Shown here: piece after piece, positions 42,831 to 55,729 of the stretch
How the letters are laid out: every line of letters begins with the position of its first letter
Numbering within the stretch: position 1 is the first letter of the stretch
Origin: Schmidtea nova
Lineage: Eukaryota
Direction: 5' to 3'
Assembly: GCA_044892505.1 (NCBI GenBank)
Contig: CM097883.1
Coordinates: 391,592,001-391,656,000 of the forward strand
Length of the DNA stretch: 64,000 nucleotides
Translations under genes and position numbers: made by a program
Notes under the pieces: generated by a model
What the model saw: only the letters and a program-made list of their open reading frames with translations
Databases searched by the model: none
What the model was told of the DNA's origin: nothing

Positions 42831-45759
42831 ATATCATATGTGTCCCCAAATCGTCTTCTGAAATCTTATTACGGTATTTCTTGTTTCACCAAAATAAATA
42901 TTATATTTTTAAAAAAGAGGTGTTTTATAATAGAATTAGTGAAAACGTAATTATTGGGAGTATTTTGTATAAGGTATGTACGATATTTATTTGTTTTATA
43001 AATTTTTAAATCGTTTTTTGTTGTGGGACATATTTATCCCCACGTCTTTTTTGCGGGACAGATTTGTCCCACTAGTCTTGTAAAGTTTTTAATTATTAAT
43101 TTTTTTTATATATAGTAATAAAAAATGAATGCAAAATTTATTGAACTTATCAGATAGCTCAGTCAATAATTATCCTTTCGTTTAAAACTCAAAACGAAAG
43201 CCGCTGCGAAAGGGTTAAAAGAATTACTTATTAATCTTTCAACTAGTTCTACATCTGAAATTTTTATTTTCTTTTTAGCTTTGGATGTTACTGTGTTTCT
43301 TTTTTAACATTTCACAATTTTGAATGAAATAAGAATGTAATAAGAAAAGGTCAGTTGAATAACGTGTAAGAATTGAAGAGCTTTGTGAAATATTTGTGTG
43401 ATACAAATGTTGGACTCAGCAAAGTACGAGAAATAAAACATAAGAAAGAATAGTAAAACCGATAACATTTTAAAATAAAAACCCTAAACCGTGAAAAACT
43501 TAACTAATATAAAATACAACAAACTTACTCAAATAAATGAGTAGATGGATCACTTGAGCCAACAACTAAAGCAGAAAAATAACTACAATAAAAAGTAATG
43601 AGATACAATAGAAAATCAAATCAAACCTATCAACGAATAACTGAAAGCACGCGAATTTAATGAAATAAATTGTCATGCGATAAGACGCATTCTGATTGGT
43701 TGATAACCAGCTAAAAACTGCTATATGTTGGATGACGAGGGAAGACTCATTAAGGTATTTACAATTCACAAATAATATCGAACGGGCGATAATAAATACC
43801 GAATCAAGATTTATTTGGAAAAAGGATAAGTAATCCCCAATCAAAGAATGAATCAAATCGTTAATCGTCCGTCTCAATCGTCTCAATCGAATCGTCAGTC
43901 GAAAAATATTCTATTGAACAATAAATCTTTAAATATCTGTGCAATTACCCTTTAAAGAAAAACCTTCAATATTATTATTGATATTGTCATCATCAACATC
44001 ATCATCAACCAAACCCAACCCTATTGTCTGTCAACCCAAATCAATCCAAACATTTCAATAGACTAATTCTCATTAACATTTTGAACTAATTATGAATATG
44101 ATTGAATATTTTATGAACATTTAGAATTATTTATTGAATGTGCTTGATTTTATTTACATTTATTTTTATTTGGTGACTGTGTTTATTTTAGCAATTGGGA
44201 ATTATCAATATTGGATTTATTAGGAATTTTCAATATGTAAGCATAAATTATTTTTATAAATAAATACCAATTTTTTTAATAAATTGGATTTAGAAATAAA
44301 TGTCTATTTTTTAATATTAGATAAAAACGAATTTATAAATAAATGGAAATTTTTAGTGATTTTTGTAATGCAAAAAATTGGTATATAAGGCAAGGACAAT
44401 TTAGTAAGATCACCAGAAAATCTCATTCAAACTTTAGCGAATATTTGCTCTCTCAAGTACAAATCTTGAAGAGTCTCTAAAATAGACCAGTTGGTCAAAG
44501 ATATAAAATTAAGAATAGAATTTTCAGTGTAAATTGTAACAAGTTGTACATCCTTTTTTTGGTAATTATATATTGTTATTTAATAAATCTTTCAAAAGAC
44601 TTATTGCCTTATTTATTTATATAGGAAACACCATCCCCTGTTGGGATTTCAAATACAAATATTTGAGACCTCAACATATATAAGTAGCAGCCAATTCAGT
44701 TGATATATATATATATATATATATCTGGTTTTGTACCTAAAGTTTAGGTCAACCAATTAGCGTGGTAAATCATTTTGGTAACTCGAAAGTGTATTGTGAA
44801 ACTTTGTGGAAAGAACATTGTAACCGAAAATAATAGGTATGCAAAGATTGGTTTTCCTTTTATAATGTTTGATTAAACTCTCATGAAGGATGGTATTAAA
44901 ATCATCAAAGTCACGTCCTGAAGGTCTCCAGACCTGACGGCCGCAAACGGGCCTCGGCGGATCACCTCAGGGGTGATGGCCGATGCGGCGTAATTCCAAT
45001 AAATCGAGGGGGTGGGTAGGGGTGCACATAGAATAAAATTGGAAAAGCTATTAGCAACTCTGCTATTAGCAACGTATTAATTCGATTTGTGTGGAACAAC
45101 CTTGTATTAAACTTGAGTTGTAAGTAATTTTTATTTTTAATAAATTTTTTCTGATGAAATTAATATTGTTCTCGATTCTTTTAAAGTTTCACATTTAATT
45201 TTCGGAATGCTCTTGCCTGTGAGAGTCAGGGATTCAACCATTTCCTTCACGCCACTGGTGTGGAGCAGATGGTAGAGTGATCGTGGTGCGAGGGGCAAGG
45301 TTTAGACATAATGGGTCAATACAATTTTTTTATTACTTAGCTTAAGCAAATACTTCCAAAATTTCATCGAATAGGCAGTGATGACAATATAACTTGTCAA
45401 AGCAGAGTAAATCTGAGAGATGTTAGTGATTTTCCGAGTCTCATCTAAAATGTATATGACCAGCAGATGAGTAGAATTAAATATAGTATATTCTCTAGGA
45501 TGTGCCAAAATAGGATAATTGCTTGAGGAATATCTAGAACTATTGTTCGGTTCGTATCAGTGGCTAAAAAACTAATTCGATAACTAATAACTTTAAGTGA
45601 TTACCGGACTCCAAACGATAATCTTCTTACTTAAATATAAATAAAATGTTTTGTTGCGTGTAAATAAGAAAACAAGATTTTGTAAAATAAGTTGAGCTGA
45701 ACGTGAAGTCACTTCTAGTTGTATTTTATAATGGAGCGGTTAGACCAAAAGAGTTCTAA

Positions 45760-47009
45760 TTGCAACAATCTTTTTCCTGGAATACGATCTTGATATGTAC
45801 ATAGTTGTTATTACTCAGAGGCTAGAATGAGAAGGCTCCCTGTGAACGTAGAATGGCTCCCCTATCCCATGACATTTGTGGGTTGGTTCTCGATTACGAA
45901 CATTTTGGTTCACATATTAGTGCAAGTAGAAAGATAATCGACGAAGAATTGGAAAAAAAGAATTTCTTCCAAGCCATAAATGTTTTAGCATCGATATGGA
46001 GTAAAACAGTCATCGACAAAAATCCAGTGTATGCGGAGGCTATTTTAATACCAGAAGATAATGCCACGATGCGAGTGTCCAGAGAAGAAGTGGCAAACCT
46101 ACTGTGGCGGTCACAGCACATAATAAGTTCAAAGTATATGCTTCAGGTGGTCAATTGTACAGATGTATCTTGCTGCAAACCATTTCGCTATCCTCAATTT
46201 CGAAATATCTTACAAACAGGTTTTTACCATATCCTCGTGTTTTTGAGCATACTGAATTTGGGATAAATGCATCGCCTCCGAAGGATCCAATACTAACAGG
46301 TCGTCATTTTTTGCATTTTTCCGTGCTTCTTCTTCTTCAAGATATTCACTCGCATGTTACGAATCAAACCAAACTCAGACAGCCATACCCATTTGATCTG
46401 TATTGTCCATCAGTTTCAATTATATATTTGAAAAAGAGGAAATGTCAAGTTTGCAACATGAATTTTCCAACTGTTGTTGCCAAGACAAATCATTACCGCA
46501 TCTGTCGTAGACAAAAGACGAATATCACAATAATTTTTACTGATTTGGTCGAAGTCGCCGAAGCCACAGACATCAGCGAAAGTTCAGATAAACATGTCTG
46601 TTCACCCGCTTGTATGAACCAGAAACCGCTATTTGAACTGTTTGGATCTTTTTAGTTTTAGTAATTCTCCATGGATTCCTGAACTCGACGAACCAGTTAA
46701 TTAAATTAATATTACTTGATCCACTGCTACGATTTTTAAACATTTTAAAAGAAGTGCTCGAAATAATGTTAAAATCCATAAGTTCATTTTACTTGTTGTT
46801 TGAATCATTAAATTTTTTTAACCTGCTTCAACTGTCCGTAAATTTCTATTTTTAATGGCTTATGGTACCACTAGGCTACCCCCATTTCGTGAACAATAAA
46901 ATGACGTCACGATTGGGGGTGGGTGGGTCTTAGGAAATGTGACCAAGAGTGACAGGGTTGGTGAGTCAAAATGGTCATTTTTGGCGTGACGTAATTATGC
47001 AATGACCCC
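45760..47009 (+). mobile_element. Decayed DNA transposon 3' half, tentatively Zator-like
   Basis: Frameshifted transposase-like text ERRMAPLSHDICGLVLDYEHFGSH..DEELEKKNF and DLYCPSV..KCQVCNMNF; terminus gcgtgacgtaattatgcaatgacccc followed by taa. Superfamily assignment is from memory of GG-ended, 3-bp-TSD elements. Confidence 0.55.
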
Positions 47010-49849
47010 TAATTATAAATTGAGAAGCGATAGAGAAAAAAATATTTTTCAATACAAAATTAGGTGATAATACCCGGTGGAAACTGTTAATGAATAGTTT
47101 TGGACTACTGGATTTAGATGAAAGACAAGAAATGGTTAATTATTTAATATATCAAAATGGTAAAACAGACGATTTCTTTAAATTCTGGGACAGTCCAAAA
47201 TTAAAAAATAGGCAGCAGCAGCAATAAAAATACTTCCATTTAATCGTGAAAATTTTTCGGGTATCTGAAGTTTTCAGGTGACCTGTCTCGAAAAATTCGC
47301 GCGCACTTTACTCGGAAAATTCACGCTTGATCTAAATAAAAATTCACAAAATCGGATATCGAAAACACTATGACACAAAGAGTTGATTTTGAATGATATT
47401 TGAAGTAAAATATTAATTTGAAACGGTTATGATGTCGTATAATTTTATATAATTTTGATTTATTTAATTTATTTTTATCTTATTTAAAAAATTTAATTTA
47501 ATTATTACATAAAATTTTTTATTAATTTACGAATCATATAAAATTTCAATGGATTTCAATGTCTTATGTTAGGCAAATACTGATATTTGTATAAATAGCG
47601 CGGTATTATAATATGTAGAGAGCGCGCGAGGAAGTAGATTTGAAATTCTATGAACCCAAAACACCATGTACAGCTCAGTAGCAGTAGAACACATGAAATA
47701 GTTGATTAGAACACGTCGAAAAATTGAAACGAACAACAGTGCATTGAGTGTATACGTGAAAAACATCAATAGTGTAATAGAATATCTTTTCGGGAGAAAA
47801 TTTGCAAATTTTAGTATAGAAATTCAAAAAATAGGAAAGAATATTGTTTTAGTTAGAAATTACGATAAATTAATTAAATTTGGAAAAACTTTGTTATAAA
47901 AATGAAATTTTAGATCAAAAATAAATTATTTAGGATTTATTTAAAATTTTATGCAAAAATAATAATTCAATTTTGCGTAAAATTATTGAAATTAATTTTT
48001 AAGAATCGAAAAATCCTTCTAGAACAATTTGTTTTAATACATTAGCGAAAGCAGCAATTCGAACAACTATATATACCGCCATCAAAATGGATTACTTACA
48101 CTTTTGACTTTTTTTAAAAGTTATTTTCGTCAGAATTTTTGCGGCAGCCATCTTGAAATCTACATTTAGGCGAATCCCTCGAAAAATTTTTTAATCAACA
48201 CAGTAACACAAAGTCTCATTACTCAGAGGAGAACTTGCACGAAGCGTCTCGTAAACCGATTGAAAATGTTGCAGCTGCCATTTCTAAAATTTTACGGATA
48301 TGCGAATCCCTCCACAAAATTTTACCGAATATCGAACCTGAGAAATACGATGTAAGAATTATGCTTATATGATTTAGGGCTTGCGGGTCATGCCACCCTT
48401 ACCCATACTGGTATCATTTTTTTATTTATTCTTTTTTATGGTGTTTAGGATTTAGCTATTATTGTTATATGTGTATGACATTTTTGAACCTTAATTTTGA
48501 AAAATTAAAATTTATGATCTATATTATGCCTCTTTGCTATTACCAAATTACTTTGAATTAAATCGGAAAGAATTTTTAGGAGAACCTGCACATTTACCCA
48601 TATGATATTTAATTCGATCTAATGTTCAAATTATTTTATTATCATATAATTAATTTTTCTAATTAATGCCTTTTTTTCCATACGTCTGATGGTGGTCCAC
48701 CTAGTCGTTTTACCGCCATTAGTCGCTTTGGTTAATCATTAGTTCGCTGGAGTCCTTTCAGCGTTTTTATCCATTTTTTCATCGAAGTGAGCGCATACAC
48801 CCAATCTCGCTTCATCTCATACTTGGCTATATGAGGAGTAGTGGTTTGGCCAAGCGCGAGGTTTTGTTCAAAGTAGAATTATTTATACTATATTATTGTA
48901 GGTATCTTTATCTACACATGAAATTCTGACTCACAAAAATGTAAAATGCCGAAATGCCAAAAAATGCTGAAAAATTTAATTCTCGTAATTTCGCCTTCGT
49001 TCTAATCAATGCCTTTTCGTCTGGCTCACAAATTAATTCGCAAATCATCTGAAAATCTCCACCAAAAATTCGTATTGTTAACAGTTATAAAAGAAAAGAA
49101 TGTTCAGATATTTCAGATGACATAAAGAAAAGTTTATTTTTCAGTGAACCTCATTTCACCCGAACGAATGTTTAAAAGTAAAAAATTAATTTTATTCACA
49201 CCCTCAGTACTCAAGGTAAAAATGACACTGACTTCAAATGACATCTCACACTGAATTTGGTTGCCGTATTTATACTTTTTTGCTGACGGCCAGCCAATCA
49301 GATTTCTCTGCATGCGATTTTTTAAGCATTTCATTTTTAATGCTCATCTATACTTGTTTAATCCGGTGAGTTTTATATTTACTCAACCGTTAATTTTTTT
49401 TATTCAATTTGTTTTTAGATATCATGCTTCGTTCGCTGTCCGACTACTCACTGTCAATTTGAGTGGTTTATTCTATTTTAGGTTTTTCTTGGTGTTCTGC
49501 GTGAGTAGGTTCTTATTGTTATTGTTCATTTAATTCAATTACTCGTTCCTTTCAGGCTTCATTGGGTACTGAAGAAATGTCAATGTTTGGTTATTTATTT
49601 TGTTTTGTTATTTATTTGTATTGAATTTATTTCTCTTAGATTGTCGATGATTTGCCTGGCCCAACAATTATCATTATTATTATCAACTTGTTAAGTTGCA
49701 GCTGCATTGCCATGTCTTTGTTTTAATTGTACAGACAGGTGTAGGAAAATAATTTGCAGTGGGTATGCCCATCATACTTGAGACTCGATTAAAATGGCGG
49801 ATACAATTTTGATAATATATATATTATCAAAATAAAATGTGTCATACAA

Positions 49850-51780
49850 AGGATATCATTACAAAGTATCATTACATACATTAAATATCATCACACTATA
49901 GTACAATTAAATAGATAATCATCAAAAAATATACAGAAATTAAATCAAATTCACAACAATATTCATTAAAGAAATATCTACATACTTGTGCAATTACATA
50001 ATAAATATACATAAATATCAAAATTATATGAAATATCATCAGAAATATCAACACATGAAATATTATCATACATACATACACAAAATATAAAAAGTACATA
50101 GAAATTCGTCACATACAAAATATCAAAAGTTTATTACAATATATAATTACATATATCATCATACTAACAGTAATAAATGTTTAGCTAATGAGCTTTTGCA
50201 CATAAAAACCATCACAGACTAGGTTCTGCTACTAGGGTTCTGTTCGCAATGTTCTACTAGCAATGTTCTGATACTGAATAAATTTGATGAAAATGTAACA
50301 ATGTATTATGAATGGAAATAAATCTTTCAAACATTACAGTAAATTCTACTTTAAAATGAGGTTGAATGCATGAAATGTCATCATACTATAGTGCAAACAC
50401 ATGAAATACTCTTTAGATACATGACTTTAGATGAATCAAATATTATCTTACTATAGTTTGATAACATAGAAAAAATATATAGAAATCATCAAAATTATAC
50501 CAAATATTAAAAAAAGATCATATTAAATATCATCACAAAGTACATAGAAAATCATCAAAAATACACAGAAATTCATCAAATTCACAACAATAATCATTAA
50601 AGAAATATCTACATACTAGTGTCATTACATAAAAAAAAATATCGGAAAATATATGATATATCATCACAAATATCACCACAAATATATATTCACAAATATA
50701 TGAAATATTATCATATACAAAGGATATAATCACATACAAAATCTCAAAAGTTTATTACACATACAAAATATAATATATCAACATACCTTAATGTAACAGT
50801 AATAATTGTTCAAGTAATAAGCTTTTGCACATAAAAACCATCACAAAAGGTGTTCTGATACTAGGGTTCTGCTACTAAATGTTCTGCTAGCCATGTTCTG
50901 CTACTGTATAAAATTAATGAAAGTTATATGAATGGAAATAAATCTTTTAAACATTACAGTAAATTCTACTTTAAAATGAGGTTGATTGCTGAAATATCAT
51001 AATACTATAGTGCAAATACATTAAAATATTCACAAATTGACATTAGATACATCAAATATTATCTTACTATAGTTTGATAACATATTAAAAATATATCATA
51101 TGAAATGTCATATGAAATGTCATCACAAAATACATAGATATTCATGTACAAATTATCAAAAAAAAATACAAACATTCACAAATACATTAGAAATACATAT
51201 CAAATATATATATATGAAATGTCATCACAAAGTATCATTAAATATATGAAATATCATAATTCTACAGCGTAATTACAAGAAAATATCCACAAAATATCAC
51301 AAATACAATGAAATACATCAAAAATACATAGCAATTCATCAAACAAGAAATATTCACATAATAATAATTGTAATTAAAAGTGCATCAGTAAATGTAATAT
51401 GCTTTCACAATTTGTCTGCTACATTGATCGAAGCTCATATGTTAATGATTGTTATTTTAGTATATGTGTGAATAATGAGCTTTTGCACATAAAAACCATC
51501 ACAAAAGATGTTCTGTTACTAAAGGTTCTGTTCGAAATGTTCTGCTAGTGGATAAATTTAATGAAAATTATACGAGTGACAATAAATTGTTAGAGTAAAT
51601 TCTACATTAAAATGAGGAAAACCAATAGATATTTAAAAAAAAATAGAGAAAATATTAATTGGTGAAAATATTACAACAAATGATGCTGAATTAATTGCAA
51701 TAAATGTTCGAGTAATAAGCTTAAGCAGATAAAAACCATCACAGAATAGGTTCTGATACTAAATGTTCTGCTAGCATGAA
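49850..51780. repeat. Degenerate compound satellite
   Basis: Marker gcttttgcacataaaaaccatcaca near 50190, 50820, 51477 and a variant at 51717, each followed by short gttctg repeats and atcacaaaatacat-type low complexity. Confidence 0.8.
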
Positions 51781-52121
51781 ATTAATATAATAATAAAATG
51801 ATAGTCTGACAAAAATAAAATGTTGAAATAGTTATTGGAAATATATATATAGTCTGTAACAAAAATGTGAATTAATTATTGGAAATATATAGTCTGTGAC
51901 AAAATAATTATTGGGAATACACGCGAATAAATTAAAATAATATCAAACTGTACATCATAGTTTTAATTTCTTGTAAAAAACAATGCGGGTTATCAAAATT
52001 CATGTTCTAAATAAAATTTTACAATTTAAAATACCACAACGTAAAATATTTATAAAGTACCACAACGTAATAAAAGTTGGTATATATCTATTACAATTTT
52101 ATATGTAATTCATTTAAAACC

Positions 52122-52445
52122 ATGAATTCTGAACAATATAATGAAGTTAATGAACCTATTTCAATAAATGGAGTTTCGATGTCTGAAAGTCCTAAACTTT
52201 CAAGTAACCGTACAAGTAAATTTATATTTATTTTTATAAAGTTATTATTATTATAATATTTATTAGAAAAATATAAAGAAATTAACAATCCAATTGAAGG
52301 ATTACAGAACATAATAAATTCTTACTTGGACTCGAAAGAAAGATTAATTATCAAGCTTCGAAAAAAGAACATTCAGATTGTAAAATTGAAAATAGAAAAT
52401 GAAAGATTGCTCAATCAAGTCAGAGAATTGAAAGATTTTTCATGA
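52122..52445 (+). CDS. Small two-exon coiled-coil protein, 90 aa (not in ORF track)
   Basis: Exons 52122-52215 and 52267-52445, 51-nt GT-AG phase-1 intron; MNSEQYNEVNEP...IVKLKIENERLLNQVRELKDFS*; aataaa immediately after the stop. Confidence 0.55.
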
Positions 52446-52537
52446 AATAAAAATATTTTAATAGTTTTTTAGTTTTGTTATATAACATTTGAGTTAAAAT
52501 TTTATTAGTATAGTTGCTATTTTAAATAATAAACATG

Positions 52538-52948
52538 TTAAGTAAATAACCTTTTTGAACGTAAATCGTCCGTTATCAGAGTTGGGGCCATGATGATCCC
52601 ACCTTCCGTTCCGCACGCGACATCTTGATAGGTGTTCTGAGTCCAGCGCTGAGCGGTGATCGGCCGGATTAACGCGCGTAATTCGGAGTCGATGTAACTC
52701 CTTGTCACCGCATTTAGGCAATTACGCAGTTCCCTCTGGACGGCATCGAGTTCCAATTTTGTTGCGGCTAGTGCTTCCTGCACCCGCTCAAGCTTTTGCG
52801 TTTGGCTCTTCATTTGTTCGGGTGAAAACCACCTCGCTTTCAATTCATCATTGGCGACCGTGAGTCGTTTGATCTGCCGTTGTTGGTCTCTCAACTTTCT
52901 ATCTTGGGTTTGACCCATGATTCTCTTGGAGTTTTCTGAAATCGGCAT
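52538..52948 (-). CDS. Orphan intronless coiled-coil ORF, 136 aa
   Basis: GC-richer than flanks; heptad-like QQRQIKRLTVANDELK and LERVQEALAATKLELDAVQRELRN. Confidence 0.5.
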   Translation of the reverse strand: MPISENSKRIMGQTQDRKLRDQQRQIKRLTVANDELKARWFSPEQMKSQTQKLERVQEALAATKLELDAVQRELRNCLNAVTRSYIDSELRALIRPITAQRWTQNTYQDVACGTEGGIIMAPTLITDDLRSKRLFT

Positions 52949-53296
52949 GATGTCTGAATGTTACAATGTTTAATTCGCTGGTGAACCTAACAACAACGTT
53001 ATTTTAGTTAAACGACTATTATTATTAAGGAGCGAAATGCGTACTAATGTTTTTAATTATGGGATTTTTACAAAAATTGTTTAGCTATTTAATTATTAGA
53101 GACTCGCAAAAATATTTAACTATTTTATACTGACGATAATTATTGCCGTGAACAACTACAACACTGGATATTAATAAACTTGTCTTGACTATATTTCTAC
53201 GCTACTGACGAACAAAATGAAAGACTCAAATTTCTCTAAAAACATTAAATTTAAATCATGTGGCCACATATTGGATGGATTAGGTGGATCCAACTA

Positions 53297-53814
53297 TCAT
53301 TCGTCGGTCATCTTCCCCCGATATGAAAATATCGACCGGATTTGTAGATTGATGTTGATTCCTGTAGGGTTGGATGAGGCTTGTTGGAGACGGGTCCTCT
53401 CGGCTTCCCGGAGGGGTCGGATTGCCGTATTGAAAGTAAACCCCAATTCCTTGAACGTGGATGCCGGAATGTATCCCCAATATATAACACAGCTCGGGAA
53501 TCCTCGCTTGTCCAACATCAGTATGAACCATTCGGCGTGCCATGGTTCGAATTCTTCATCGGGGACGATTGGCTAGTTAGCACAGCCTCGGTACCACACG
53601 TGATGACGTGGGTGGTCCCATACCGTAAAGGGACATGCTGTCTCTAACTCTCGGCGCCATGCCCACATTTTCTGGTGGAGTTGTTGCAATATTTCAAATG
53701 GAGCCGGTTTTAATGGGCTAATTCGGACTTGATTTCTTTTTCGTGAGCCCCGTTTCCAGCTCCACAGGTTCTGATTGCTTCTTTCTTTTGATGAACTGGT
53801 TTCGTCTTTGCCAT
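53297..53814 (-). pseudogene. Disabled member of the unknown family represented by 63266-63961
   Basis: The frame of ORF 53297-53518 extends upstream through one TAG (53575-53573) to APFEILQQLHQKMWAWRRE; the ATG at 53814 is out of frame. Confidence 0.65.
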
Positions 53815-55729
53815 TTTACTAGTAGATTATAATTTTTTAACGTTGAAAATTTTATATAGTAGTTAATTTAATAAACGTTATCTCTCCTCGTGTCAAAATT
53901 TTGGTCATTTTACTCCTTAGGCTCTATACGAAAAATCGTGGGAAAACTGTCGAATTGTAGATTACTCTCGGTATGTTACGCTGGTGTCTACCTGAATTTA
54001 CAAGGTACTATGGTAATTATGGTGAACATTATAGTCAAGGTCTGTGTGGACACTACGCTGTGGTGCTAGCGGCAAATTGTACTTTCTCAAAACCCAAAAA
54101 ATTATATATCTCTACGTTTTACAAGGAATCGTCCCTTCTGCATATAATACGATTGAAAATAGTCCACCGATGGTTTGTGGGTGTCCCATGTGCAAATTCT
54201 ATTGACTCTGGTTAGTTGATGATTACTTTACCGTGTGTGGAGCCCTCGAGCACCACGCCACGGACTGACATCTTGGGAACCTGAAGCTCCCAATCGGCGC
54301 AAAATTAATATGATTAAGATGTAAGTTAATGCAATCAAATATAACAATGCATAAATTTTAATGAAACAAAACATGATTATAATTATATCATCGAACAATA
54401 ATAATAATAAATATAAACAAAGTACCGAAATTGAATTTGCAAGGTTCAGTCAAAAATCGGTCCAAAATATGATTGTCTGTTAAAGATCGATCTAAATTGA
54501 ATCCAGAAGGTTCAGTCAAAAATTCGGTTTGAAGTTCAAATTGAATTTATGTACTTAATTACAAAGTGCAATGATATCAAATGGCTAGCTCTAACTAAAT
54601 TCTGATCGGTATATATACTGATCAGTCAAGTCTAGACTGGCCAATCAGGTTTGGCCGATTTCATGGTGGTTTTAATTATTATTTTGTTGATCCAATTAAT
54701 TTTTATTTTTTAGATTGGATTCTTTCTCGGTGGTCTAGTTTTTGGAAACAATTAACCAATAAAAAGTACTATTATTTTGTTTTAATCATTTATATTTTAT
54801 TTATTTTAGGTGTCCCTTGGGCCATTTACTGGTTAAATTATCGGAAATTCGTTTATTTTTTATTCTACAACCTATTTCTTAATTTATTTCTATTTTTCTA
54901 AATTATTTTATTCCCTAAAATTACTGTTTCTCCTTTTTCCTTATTTTTTCTCTTTTTCTCATTATTATTCTTTGTTTATTTTTCGTTGTACTCAGTTTGG
55001 CTAGCCCAACAGTATTACAAAATTTTTACATAGATAATTACACAACATTAAATATAAATAAGACAAGGCATTAAATGATTATAACATCTCTAATCAAAGT
55101 ATATAATATTATTATCAACAAACATATTAGTTTATTTAATCAAAATTAGTAATTATTAATTCAAACGGACACAAATAACCACATACAGTTAAAAAAATAT
55201 CCAAACATTACTAACGAGAGCTATTATGGTGTATAAAATATACAATGAAACAACAAATACATCGACATAATAATAAAAACTATAAAACACTCTTTGATTG
55301 AATGGACATGCTGTGACAACAAAACATTACAGTTACCATTCATGAATTACCGTGCAAATTGGATGGTATAGGAAAAGCAACTTCGTTGATAATCTACCAC
55401 TAATTAGCTCTTTTCTTAACCCAATTGAAACTCAAATACATCGTCATAAGTATTATATTTTAAGTTATAATAAATTTATATTTTCAGAATTTCAGAAAAT
55501 TCAATAGAAACTATTCCATTGAGTGAAGATGAAGTTAGAATATGCTATCACTTATTTTTCTTTATTAGAATATTTACTATATTAAAATTTACTATATTAA
55601 AATTTACTATATTTGCTAAATTAAAAGTATTTTAATATTTATTATTTATGAATTTCTTATAAATCAAACTTACTATTTGAGAATTGTTTGTTATAAATTA
55701 AATATATTATTGCAGACAGCCTAGTCAAA

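Noticed and set aside
44945-44990. ggcggatcacctcagg resembles Alu/7SL sequence
   Set aside because: Match is only about 15 nt with no flanking SRP/Alu structure.
45255-45320. tRNA-like A-box (gtggagcagatggtag)
   Set aside because: No cloverleaf or proper B-box; at most a decayed SINE.
49896-50739. Hydrophobic minus-strand ORFs
   Set aside because: Translations of low-complexity satellite DNA.
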